A stretch of DNA of 64,000 nucleotides from an uncultured delta proteobacterium (GTDB lineage Bacteria; Desulfobacterota; Syntrophia; Syntrophales; UBA2192), in contig CAVPJD010000025.1 in NCBI GenBank assembly GCA_963705165.1, positions 845-64,844 on the forward strand, given 5' to 3'. The first letter of the stretch is position 1; every line of letters starts with the position of its first letter. A model generated the notes under the pieces. It worked only from the letters and a program-made list of their open reading frames with translations, had not been told where the DNA came from and did not search any database. This document shows, piece after piece, positions 48,463-57,092 of the stretch. Position numbers and translations under genes: made by a program.

Positions 48463-49518
48463 TCACAGGGCCCCGGCAATCGCCTTGCCAAGCTCCTGCG
48501 TGCTGGCCCGGCCGCCGATGTCCCGCGTGCGCGGTCCCTCGGTGAGCACCGCTTCGATGGCGCGCACGATCGCGTCGGCCGCGGCCTTGTGTCCCAGGTG
48601 CTCCAGCATCAGTGCGCCGGACCAGATCTGGCCGATGGGGTTGGCGATGTTGCGCCCGTAGATGTCGGGCGCCGATCCGTGGACGGGCTCGAAGAGCGAC
48701 GGGTACTCGCGCTCCGGGTTGAGGTTGGCCGAGGGCGCTATGGCGATCGTACCGGTACAGGCCGGCCCGAGATCCGAGAGGATATCACCGAAGAGATTCG
48801 TGCCCACCACCACGTCAAACCAGTCGGGGTTCTGGACGAACTGGGCCGTGAGGATGTCAATGTGGTAGTAATCCGCCCGCACATCGGGGTACTGCGCGGC
48901 CATCGCCCGGGCCCGCTCGTCCCAGTAAGGCATCGAAATGTAGATCCCGTTCGATTTGGTCGCCCAGGTCAGGTGCTTCTTGGGCCTGCTGCGTGCAACC
49001 TCGAAGGCATAGCGCAGGATGCGGTCCACCCCGCGGCGGGTAAAGAGGCTCTCCTGCACCACCACCTCGCGATCGGTGCCTTCGAAGCTCCGCCCGCCGA
49101 TGGCGGAATACTCCCCTTCGGTGTTTTCGCGCACGACGACGAAGTCGATGTCGCCCGCCTCACGGCCGCGCAGGGGCGACTGGATCCCGGGCATCAGCCG
49201 CACCGGACGGACGTTGGCGTACTGCTGGAAGCCGCGTCGGATCGGGAGCAGCAGCCCCCATACGGAGATGTGATCCGGCACCCCCGGAAATCCCACGGCG
49301 CCCAGGTAGACGGCGTCGTGGTTGCGGATCTGATCGAGTCCGTCTTCGGGCATCATGCGACCGGTCTTTGCATAGTACTCACAGCTCCAGGGCAACTCAT
49401 CCCACTGAAACCCGATGTCGAATTTGGCCCCTGCGGCCTCCAGCACCCGGATGCCCTCCGGCATGACCTCTTTTCCGATCCCGTCGCCGGGAATGACTGC
49501 GATTTTATGTTTGATCAT
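48463..49518 (-). CDS. ttuC: tartrate dehydrogenase/decarboxylase (D-malate dehydrogenase) of the isocitrate/isopropylmalate dehydrogenase family
   Basis: ORF trimmed to ATG 49518: MIKHKIAVIPGDGIGKEVMPEGIRVLEAAG...WSCEYYAKTGRMMPEDGL...VPDHISVWGLLLPIRR...NLFGDILSD. Confidence 0.8.
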   Translation of the reverse strand: MIKHKIAVIPGDGIGKEVMPEGIRVLEAAGAKFDIGFQWDELPWSCEYYAKTGRMMPEDGLDQIRNHDAVYLGAVGFPGVPDHISVWGLLLPIRRGFQQYANVRPVRLMPGIQSPLRGREAGDIDFVVVRENTEGEYSAIGGRSFEGTDREVVVQESLFTRRGVDRILRYAFEVARSRPKKHLTWATKSNGIYISMPYWDERARAMAAQYPDVRADYYHIDILTAQFVQNPDWFDVVVGTNLFGDILSDLGPACTGTIAIAPSANLNPEREYPSLFEPVHGSAPDIYGRNIANPIGQIWSGALMLEHLGHKAAADAIVRAIEAVLTEGPRTRDIGGRASTQELGKAIAGAL

Positions 49519-49773
49519 CGGTTTGCTCCCGAAAGCGCGCCGCCCCGTTGCAATCAACCCGGAGCGATGGTTACCCGGGCCCGAACGATTGCGGAGACGG
49601 CGTGGAATGCTGGAAGTTTACAGCAGACGAAGAGAATTGGCAACCTGCAGATGATCTTGCACAAACGAGAGGCCTGATGCAGGATCAGGCCTTCTCGCTT
49701 TTGACAATGGAATAGGACCCGGGGATGCTCAATGAACTACCCCGCAGCGAGCGACGGGGTATCAAACAAGAAT

Positions 49774-49828
49774 GTCATGCCCGTGAAAACGGGCATCCAT
49801 CTTGGATTCCCTCATTCGAGGAAATGAC
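49774..49828. repeat. GTCAT...ATGAC double-hairpin palindromic element (subfamily A)
   Basis: gtcatgcccgtgaaaacgggcatccatcttggattccctcattcgaggaaatgac. Confidence 0.6.
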
Positions 49829-49916
49829 AAATTCGAAGCAAGCTTCGGGGAGTTGCACCCGTAGTGATTAAAAACAGGGACAAGGAGCAATACAGGCTCG
49901 GCGGGAAAGAGATCCT

Positions 49917-50753
49917 TTACCGGTCCGCCGGCTGGGTGTGCGCGGCGATGGCCCTGCGCAGCCCCTGGCCCAGGGCGTCGATCAGCGGCTCATGCAGGAT
50001 GCCGTTGTGCTCGTCCATGTAGACTTTGGCGATCTCCGTGGGAAGAACCAGGATACGTGAATCCCACCCTGTCAGGCGGCGGCAGAGCTCCCCTGCGCCC
50101 GAGAAAACCCTGTTTTCCTCCACGGTGGTGGCGATCCCCGGGATCTCGATCCTGCCCAGCTGATGCAGCCATGCATCGATGAGGCTGCCCCAGTGCGACC
50201 GATCGAGCAGCGCCGTTCCGAGATTGAACAGGGGAGGATTCGCGATTCCCTTTTCGACCTGGCGCGAAATATTGTACGAGTGGATGTCGTAGACGACGCA
50301 GAAACCGAAACGCTCCAGCAGAAAACAAATACAGCTGCCGGCAAATCGGTAAAACGCCTCGTGCTTCGCCAGCGATCGACGTTTCATGTCTTCCGGTAGG
50401 GCGGTGCGGTAGACCTGCACGCCCCAGAACTGCCCCGGTTTCAGCGGCAGGGCCTCCTCGGCCGGGCGATTCAGATCGTACTCGGCCCTCGAGTCCAGCC
50501 CCCAGATTGCGTTTGCATTCCCCCGGATCATCCGGTCGGTCGCCGGGTCCTCTTCGAAAAGGCGCTCTTTTTCCGGGATCTGCATCAGGGGAAGCAGTTC
50601 CTCGCGGACGCTGTGCCCGGCATGGATGGCCACAACGAGCGCCGGCGTCGACAGATCCAGATCGAAGGCGAACCCGCCGGTCGCACTTCTCCCCTGGAGC
50701 CGCTTCGCGCTCCGGAGCTTTTCAATGATTTCGGGATCGCATGGAATGCTCAT
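49917..50753 (-). CDS. N-formylglutamate amidohydrolase (FGase)-family hydrolase
   Basis: 278 aa. ...ALVVAIHAGHSV..., SRAEYDLNRP (the SRxxxDxNR signature) and VVYDIHSY (DxHS). Confidence 0.7.
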   Translation of the reverse strand: MSIPCDPEIIEKLRSAKRLQGRSATGGFAFDLDLSTPALVVAIHAGHSVREELLPLMQIPEKERLFEEDPATDRMIRGNANAIWGLDSRAEYDLNRPAEEALPLKPGQFWGVQVYRTALPEDMKRRSLAKHEAFYRFAGSCICFLLERFGFCVVYDIHSYNISRQVEKGIANPPLFNLGTALLDRSHWGSLIDAWLHQLGRIEIPGIATTVEENRVFSGAGELCRRLTGWDSRILVLPTEIAKVYMDEHNGILHEPLIDALGQGLRRAIAAHTQPADR

Positions 50754-50842
50754 AAGGATTGTCGGGTTTGCTGAACTCTTATTACGGGAAGCAACAAATA
50801 ACGCGCCTGTCGGACATGAAGAATGGTCACCCTTGACACGAT

Positions 50843-50904
50843 GTCATTCCCGCGAAGGCGGGAATCCATATTAGTGCTGGATTCCGGGTCAAGCCCGGAA
50901 TGAC
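50843..50904. repeat. GTCAT...ATGAC double-hairpin palindromic element (subfamily A)
   Basis: gtcattcccgcgaaggcgggaatccatattagtgctggattccgggtcaagcccggaatgac. Confidence 0.65.
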
Positions 50905-50962
50905 AAATGTCCTTTTACAAGACCATCATTACACGGCCTGAGCAATGACCACCTGAGCAACA

Positions 50963-51958
50963 CTATGTGCGTTCGTGGATCCCGTACCGCTCGAGTGCGG
51001 AATGCACGATCAGGTGGAGCATGTTCCGGTATTCCTCCATGGGTCCGCCCGCGGCAGGGTGATAGAGCGAATAGATCTGGGGGCTCCAGCTCTTCACGGG
51101 CTTGAGGCCCGGAATCCCGTTGACCTCCATGACCCGCAAGCGTCCTTGCGCGTCCACGCGCATGTCGACCCGGACGTGGTCCCAGCACTTCAGGGCATCG
51201 GTTGCCTTCCTGGTCAGCTCCTTGGCCTCCTCCGCCCTGTCCGTCGGGATGCTGATCTTGGTCAGCCCCACTCCACGGAGATCGCTGCGCAGGATCTGAT
51301 GCCTGCCGAAATGGTTCTTGTCGACGGTGACAAGCCCGGGCAGGATTTCCTGCAGCCTCCCGTTGCCCAGCATCAGGACCGTGTATTCCTCTCCGGGAAG
51401 AAACTCCTCGATGAGTGCGGCCTGCTCGAGCTTTTCGTGCACGTACCGGACGCGCTGCGCCATCTCCTCCCGGTTGTGGACCACGCTGTCGTCGCTGATG
51501 CCGACGGAGCGCGATTCGCAGTTGGGCTTGACGAAGGCCGGGTACGCCACTTCCGGCAGCGCATCGCCTGCGGCCACAAGGGTGAAGGCCGGCACCAGCA
51601 CCCCGTTTTCATGCATGATCCGGTGCGTCTCGTATTTCTGAATCAGCTGCTTCATCGTCAGGGCGTTTGGGCCGATGTACGGGATGCCCTTCTCGTCGAG
51701 AATATCGGCGACCCATTCAATGTCGTTGCCGAGACCGATGATGTCCTCGCGGTATGAAAAATAGTACAGGGCGCTCCAGACGATATCGTAGCTGCGGCTC
51801 GAGAGTGCCTTCATGAAGTCTTCCGTGGTCACGCAATAGGCAATCTCGGCCGCCAGATCCCCGCCATTGAGGGTCTCGCACATCGTCTCGGTCACCTTCA
51901 TGTCGCCCCACCCCTGGGCATCGCCGCCGGGGCCCGTTACGATCAACACCTTCCTCAT
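50963..51958 (-). CDS. ATP-grasp ligase of the D-alanine--D-alanine ligase family
   Basis: ORF trimmed to ATG 51958 (AAGGAGAG upstream): MRKVLIVTGPGGD...GIPYIGPNALTM...YPAFVKPNCESRSVGIS...EEFLPGEEYTV...MEVNGIPGL. Confidence 0.75.
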   Translation of the reverse strand: MRKVLIVTGPGGDAQGWGDMKVTETMCETLNGGDLAAEIAYCVTTEDFMKALSSRSYDIVWSALYYFSYREDIIGLGNDIEWVADILDEKGIPYIGPNALTMKQLIQKYETHRIMHENGVLVPAFTLVAAGDALPEVAYPAFVKPNCESRSVGISDDSVVHNREEMAQRVRYVHEKLEQAALIEEFLPGEEYTVLMLGNGRLQEILPGLVTVDKNHFGRHQILRSDLRGVGLTKISIPTDRAEEAKELTRKATDALKCWDHVRVDMRVDAQGRLRVMEVNGIPGLKPVKSWSPQIYSLYHPAAGGPMEEYRNMLHLIVHSALERYGIHERT

Positions 51959-51975
51959 CCCGTCTCTCCTTGCCG

Positions 51976-52881
51976 TCAAAAAGTGAACAAATCCGGATCG
52001 TGCCGGTACTGTCTCAATGCGCTGGCCGTAAGGGGTGATTTAGCTTCCAGAAGCCGGGCGATCGCCTCGATCTTTTCATCGCTCCAGACGATGCGCGAGA
52101 CAACCTCCAGGTCGATCCGGACGCCCTGATACCCCTGGGGGCACTCGGTAAGCAGCGCGGCACTCATCGCCTTGTTGGGATCGAGAATCGTGATCGGGCC
52201 CTCGAAGACGGACTGCAGAGCGGCCTCGAAGATGCGCTGACTGTACCCGTAATGCGTACAACACAGAGCCGCCGCAACGGGCCGACACCTGTCCGGAACA
52301 CGCTCGGCTGCCTGGCGGATGCAGCTCTCGATCATCGTCCGGACGGTTGCACCTTCCGGTGCCTTCTCGATTTCGCCCGCCAGTCGATCGCAGGGCTGGC
52401 AGATGATGCGTTCCGCGGCAATGCCCCGCCCGACAAGGCGCGTTCGATGGGTATCAGCTTCGATGGTGGTGGGTGTGCCGAGAATGATGACGAGGCTGTC
52501 CGCCCGGGTGCTTAAATACGCGTGTATCAGGTCGACGCCGGAATCGATGATGCCGACCACCGGCACGGGGGCCTGCTTGCTGAACGGCGTGTGGGCATAG
52601 AGCGCCGACAGGGTATTGCAGGCGATCAGGATCAGATCGGGCTGAAAGCGAAGCATGGCGGCAAGCGCCCGGTCGAAGACGCGGATCCGCTCGGCCATGC
52701 CGGACAGAAGATTGTAGCCGCGGTCCTGCTCCGGCCAGGCGTTGAAGTAGGTCACCGCCACGGACCGGCACGTCCGGCGTTCCTGCAGGCCGCTGACGAT
52801 GTCTGCGCAAATGGAGAGGCCGCCCATGCCCGAGTCGGCGATGACAATCGACAGCGTGTCCTTGGAGCCCGCTGCGTTCAT
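51976..52881 (-). CDS. glutamate racemase-like (Asp/Glu racemase family) protein
   Basis: 301 aa. SIVIADSGMGGLS, and both catalytic Cys contexts LIACNTLSA and LCCTHYGY. Confidence 0.8.
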   Translation of the reverse strand: MNAAGSKDTLSIVIADSGMGGLSICADIVSGLQERRTCRSVAVTYFNAWPEQDRGYNLLSGMAERIRVFDRALAAMLRFQPDLILIACNTLSALYAHTPFSKQAPVPVVGIIDSGVDLIHAYLSTRADSLVIILGTPTTIEADTHRTRLVGRGIAAERIICQPCDRLAGEIEKAPEGATVRTMIESCIRQAAERVPDRCRPVAAALCCTHYGYSQRIFEAALQSVFEGPITILDPNKAMSAALLTECPQGYQGVRIDLEVVSRIVWSDEKIEAIARLLEAKSPLTASALRQYRHDPDLFTF

Positions 52882-52882
52882 C

Positions 52883-54190
52883 TCACCGCACTCCCCCCGC
52901 TGGCCGCTTTCGCGTCAGCCATTCGGCGGCCAGGTCGAGGGCCCATTGCGGCGAGGCATCGATGGTCCCGTCCATGATCCGGGTCATGGCATCGATCCAG
53001 TGCTCCCGGTGCTGCATGGTCGCGATGCGATTGCGCAGCATGGCGGCGCCCTTGGCCGGCTCCTGATCCATCTTTGCCAGGATCATCGCGATCTCGTCGC
53101 GAAAACCCTTGAGCCCGTAATACCGCAGAAATCCGTGCCAGGCATCGGCAATGCCCTCCGGTTGAGCCAGCGGCAGGGAGACCTTCTTCAGGGACTCGAA
53201 GAACAGCGCCGATTCATCCCCATGGAGCAGACGGAGACATTCGGAGCCGATTTCATAAGGAATGAGTTCGATGTGCGCAAGGCCCGCCCGCGAGACCCCG
53301 GCCTTCACGAGATATCCCAGCTTGCGGTAGTAGAGGTCGGTCTCCTGGTAGAAGACGAAGTTCCCCAGGCTGTAGCAGATCGGCACTCCGTTGCAGATCT
53401 CGACGCCCTGCGGAACGTGGGCGTGATGTCCGACGATCAGATCGGCCCCGGCATCGGCGATGCGCCGGAAGGCCTCTGCCAGGTAGGGCGGCGGAAAGGG
53501 GATGTATTCGACCCCTCCGTGAAAGATCACGAGGATGACGTCAACCTCCGGCCTGATCGCACGGACGCTGTCCACGACGGCGTCGACGTCCCATCCGAAT
53601 ACCCCGGGCCCGGAGACGGCGGCAGTCAAATCCTCGCCTTCGCTGAAATTGATGATGCCGATGCGGACCCCCTTGAGATCGAGGATCAGGGGCCGGCGGG
53701 CCTCCTCGGCAGACATGCCCGCCCCGACGGAACGGATGGAGTTCTCGCTCAGCAGATTCAGGGTCTGGCGGAAGGCCTCCGGTCCGTAATCGAAGACATG
53801 ATTGTTTGCCAGTATGACGACCTCGAAAGGCACCGAGGTCAACCCGTTGATATGCTCAGGACGTCCTTTAAAGACCGAGCCGCTCTTCCATACCGGGGAT
53901 GCGTCTCCGGAAAGCGCGCATTCCAGATTGACGATGCGAAGATCATTCTGGCGCAGGAGCGGCAACACGTCGCCGTAGACCGCCTCGGGAGAATGCGCAA
54001 CGATCTCGTCGAAGGCCCGGATGGGCGCCCAGTCGGAGGCGATTACGATTTCGGCCTGGGCCCGGGGAACCGCTGCGTTCACCCATCGGCCCCTGCTCCA
54101 GTCAAACCCTTCCAGTCCGGTTTTTTTCATCCTCGTGCTCTCGGATCTGAACTCTGTTTCTCGCCCCGCACTCCCGGGAACCCCCTTCAT
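52883..54190 (-). CDS. CapA/PgsA-family (PGA_cap metallophosphatase-fold) protein
   Basis: 435 aa. ...LRIVNLECALSG..., VDVILVIFHGGVEY, GADLIVGHHAHVPQG, YSLGNFVF. The stop is 1 nt from the racemase start. Start uncertain (ATG 54190 or 54130). Confidence 0.8.
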   Translation of the reverse strand: MKGVPGSAGRETEFRSESTRMKKTGLEGFDWSRGRWVNAAVPRAQAEIVIASDWAPIRAFDEIVAHSPEAVYGDVLPLLRQNDLRIVNLECALSGDASPVWKSGSVFKGRPEHINGLTSVPFEVVILANNHVFDYGPEAFRQTLNLLSENSIRSVGAGMSAEEARRPLILDLKGVRIGIINFSEGEDLTAAVSGPGVFGWDVDAVVDSVRAIRPEVDVILVIFHGGVEYIPFPPPYLAEAFRRIADAGADLIVGHHAHVPQGVEICNGVPICYSLGNFVFYQETDLYYRKLGYLVKAGVSRAGLAHIELIPYEIGSECLRLLHGDESALFFESLKKVSLPLAQPEGIADAWHGFLRYYGLKGFRDEIAMILAKMDQEPAKGAAMLRNRIATMQHREHWIDAMTRIMDGTIDASPQWALDLAAEWLTRKRPAGGVR

Positions 54191-54553
54191 CGAAGCCGGA
54201 TGAATGCTGAAAAGACACCGCTTTTTGACGTGCGGAGTATAGGATGCACATTCGCACGTGTCAACGGAACAATTGCCGCGAATCCGCCGGGATCAGGCCG
54301 GATTCTCCCTGGACGCTCATCCGGAGCGGAATGCAGACACCACCGAAGACATGGGCTTCCGCATGTCGTCACTACGAGGGCATCCACCCATATCCGACGA
54401 CATCTGGGCACAGTCGTTAACGAATCCTGCCACGCGCATCCATCCGCAGGAAAAATGTTAAGGCAACGGTATGGTCGCCGTGAACTGGAGATCGACGATG
54501 AGGCTAAGCGTAGATTCTATTGGGGTTCCGCCTGGGGGTGGGTTGTTCGGTAC

Positions 54554-54599
54554 TTGACGCACACGCGCGAAACACATAAATATAGACGGGTTATGTGTT
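54554..54599 (+). promoter_or_regulatory. candidate abiE promoter with an overlapping inverted repeat (possible operator)
   Basis: TTGACG (54554..54559), a 17-nt spacer, then TAAATA (54577..54582). Inverted repeat AACACATAA (54571..54579) / TTATGTGTT (54591..54599). A second TTGACA lies at 54623..54628. Confidence 0.4.
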
Positions 54600-54682
54600 A
54601 TTTCGTCAAGCAAGCATTATACTTGACATAAAATCACAATATACATAACAATACTATGTGTAATGAGCGCTAGTGTCAAGGG

Positions 54683-55499
54683 ATGTCTTCGATGAAGCAT
54701 GATGAGTTTTTCCGCAAACACCCTGTTTTCACCGGCGAGGAGTTGGCCGCGCATTTGGCGGCCCTCGGTGAGGTCGGCAAAAGGGGGCAGGAGGCGCTCC
54801 TGGCCTACTACCAGAAGGACCGGGCGGGTTGTTCGGGTGCGGCGCGGATTGTATGCAGTCATACCGGCAGGAGCCAGCCCCGGTTCCTATCCGGTCGACC
54901 CCTTCCTCATAGCCGCAAAACTGACCACGGATGCGTTCCTGTCGCACCATACGGCGCTCGAGTTTCACGGGCGGGCTTATTCGGTTCAGGAACGCTTCAT
55001 ATACACGGCTTCCCGCCCGCTGGGACGCCTGATGTTCCGCACTCATGTTTTCCGGGGAGCAAAGTTTCCACAGGTGCTTCACCGCGCGGGAAAAGAGAGT
55101 TTCGGTGTTTTGACCGCCGAGCGCGCCGGCATGGAGCTACGGGTCACCAGTCTGGAGCGGACCTTGGTGGACGTCCTGAATCGCCCGGACCTTTCGGGAA
55201 GCTGGGAGGAAATCTGGCGGTCGCTGGAATCCGTCGAATTCTTCGATCTCGACAAGGTCGTGGAGTACGCGCTCCTGCTTGAAAATTCGACCACCGGGGC
55301 AAAGGTGGGATTCTTTCTCGAACAGCACCGGGAACCTTTGATGGTGGAGGACCGTCATCTCAAGGCGCTTCACGATCTGCGGCCTCGGCAACCTCATTAT
55401 CTGGACCGCGCCAAGCGAATATCCGGCCGTCTTGTGTCGGAATGGAACCTGGTGGTTCCCAGGGAAGTGCTCGAGCGGGCGTGGGGGGAAGTATTATGA
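54683..55499 (+). pseudogene. abiEi: type IV toxin-antitoxin AbiEi-family antitoxin, apparent frameshift near codon 48
   Basis: N-terminus in ORF 54683.. (MSSMKHDEFFRKHPVFTGEELAAHLAALGEVGKRGQEALLAYYQK). The rest is in ORF 54699..55499 (GRVVRVRRGLYAVIP...DPFLIAAKL...AFLSHHTALEFHG...). An extra G near 54826 separates the frames. Confidence 0.75.
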
Positions 55500-56467
55500 A
55501 AATCTCCCTTGAAAAGCTGACAGCCGAAGCGGAGGCGACCGGATTCAGACTGGACGTGCTCGAAAAGGTCGCCCACTTGCTTCGATTGCTCGATGCCATT
55601 CAAAGCCACCCCTTTCTCAAAGGAAAGCTGGTCCTCAAGGGAGGGACGGCTTTGAACCTTTTCGTCTTCGATGTCCCGCGGCTCTCTGTTGACATCGATC
55701 TGAACTACGTGGGAGCCGCAGATCGTGAAACCATGCTCGCCGAGCGTCCCAAGTTGGAGCAGGCCGTTCAGGCGGTCTTTGCGCGGGAGGGCTTCAAGGT
55801 CAGGCGGATGCCAGAGGAACACGCCGGAGGCAAGTGGTCGCTGCGATATGAGAGCGCACCCGGCCGAACCGGGAACCTCGAAGTGGATCTCAACTTCATG
55901 TTCCGCGTCCCGTTGTGGCCGGTAACAACTTCCGACTCTCATCCCGTCGGGGCGTGGCAGGCCAAAGGGATTTCGGTGTTGGATCGCCATGAACTGGCAG
56001 CCGGAAAACTTGCTGCTCTACTGGGGCGCCGACAGGCAAGGGACGTATTCGACAGTCATCGGATCCTCCGGATGGACAACCTCGATCCTCATTTGCTACG
56101 AATCGGATTTGTCGTCTACGGCGCCATGAACAGGAAAGATTGGAGGACGGTCTCTGCCGAAGATGTTGATATCGACGGCGCGGAGCTGGCCAGGCAGTTG
56201 ATCCCCACGTTGCGCATCAACGCGACAGAGGTCCATGCGAAATCGGTAGAATACGGGGGGCGCCTCGTAAGAGAGTGCCGGGAGGGTCTATCCGCGGTGC
56301 TGCCCTTCACGGACTCCGAACGGGCATTCCTGGATATGCTTTTGGACCGGGGGGTGATCGACTCGACTATCCTGACTGCCGATGCATCCCTCCAGAAGCG
56401 CATACAGGACCAGCCGCTTCTCGAATGGAAAGCCCTCAATGTGCGGCGTCATAAGGGATTGTCCTGA
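55496..56467 (+). CDS. abiEii: AbiEii/AbiGii-family nucleotidyltransferase toxin (DUF1814)
   Basis: ORF trimmed to ATG 55496, which overlaps the abiEi stop (ATGA): MKISLEKLTAEAEATGFRLDVLEKVAHLLRLLDAIQSHPFLKGKLVLKGGTALNLF...SVDIDLNY. Confidence 0.85.
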   Translation: MKISLEKLTAEAEATGFRLDVLEKVAHLLRLLDAIQSHPFLKGKLVLKGGTALNLFVFDVPRLSVDIDLNYVGAADRETMLAERPKLEQAVQAVFAREGFKVRRMPEEHAGGKWSLRYESAPGRTGNLEVDLNFMFRVPLWPVTTSDSHPVGAWQAKGISVLDRHELAAGKLAALLGRRQARDVFDSHRILRMDNLDPHLLRIGFVVYGAMNRKDWRTVSAEDVDIDGAELARQLIPTLRINATEVHAKSVEYGGRLVRECREGLSAVLPFTDSERAFLDMLLDRGVIDSTILTADASLQKRIQDQPLLEWKALNVRRHKGLS

Positions 56468-56840
56468 CGAAACCCGCACGTGATTCCGATCAAAGAACTG
56501 GAACCGGATTGGGTGCAGAAGAAAACCAAGCCCGGCATCTTCAGTCAACCCGACGAGTCACATACTGAAGACTGGCATCCTTTTAATGGGTCTATACGAT
56601 CCGCGTATTGGTTTGCCCACCGAAGCCATTTGTCGAGTTCGCTGCCGGCTTTTTTCAAGACCGTCTCCAGTGACCATGGGATGTGTATGGTGCGGACATG
56701 TCCGGCCCTCTTCCTTGCAATTATGCATTTGAAATGCATGATTGCAGGGAATATTGGCGGCTGCGTTCCTCGCATTCGGGACACTCAGAATCTATTTTCA
56801 TCAGGCGGCGGGCGATGCCGTGCGGACCATGCTGCGGCAA

Positions 56841-56880
56841 TAAAAAAGGGGCCCTGCAAGCTGCGGGGTCCCTTTGTTTG
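56841..56880 (-). terminator. hairpin terminator after tRNA-Gly (U-tracts on both strands)
   Basis: GGGGCCCTGCA-agc-TGCGGGGTCCC, an 11-bp stem with 2 G-U pairs. Flanked by AATAAAAAA and TTTGTTTG. Confidence 0.6.
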
Positions 56881-56893
56881 ATCCGGATAAAAA

Positions 56894-56968
56894 TGGAGCG
56901 GGCGATGGGATTCGAACCCACGACTTTCAGCTTGGGAAGCTGACATTCTGCCACTGAATTACGCCCGC
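56894..56968 (-). tRNA. tRNA-Gly (anticodon CCC) with encoded CCA
   Basis: Minus strand reads gcgggcg ta attc agtggca gaat g tcagc ttCCCaa gctga aagtc gtggg ttcgaat cccat cgcccgc t cca. Full cloverleaf, 75 nt. Confidence 0.9.
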
Positions 56969-57015
56969 TCTTCTCATCTGTCTCGTCTATTTCGTCGTCT
57001 GTCGTTTCGTCTCCC
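56969..57015. repeat. nonamer array (TCGTCTNT variant) abutting the 5' end of tRNA-Gly
   Basis: tcttctcatc tgtctcgtc tatttcgtc gtctgtcgt ttcgtctcc cc. Confidence 0.6.
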
Positions 57016-57092
57016 CGGCTGTCGCCGGGACCTTGAAGACGACATCAAAGAACTTGAAGGAAGCAGAGTTTAATAACTCCAGGCAAAATTTG

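Noticed and set aside
56545-56784. Possible tyrosine-integrase remnant between abiEii and tRNA-Gly (minus-strand ORF ...AGHVRTIHIPWSLETVLKKAGSELDKWLRWANQYADRIDP).
   Set aside because: Only a loose resemblance to the HxxR...Y C-terminal pattern. The spacing is wrong (HxR), there is no upstream catalytic Arg or Lys context, and the ORF is short. It cannot be supported without a database search.
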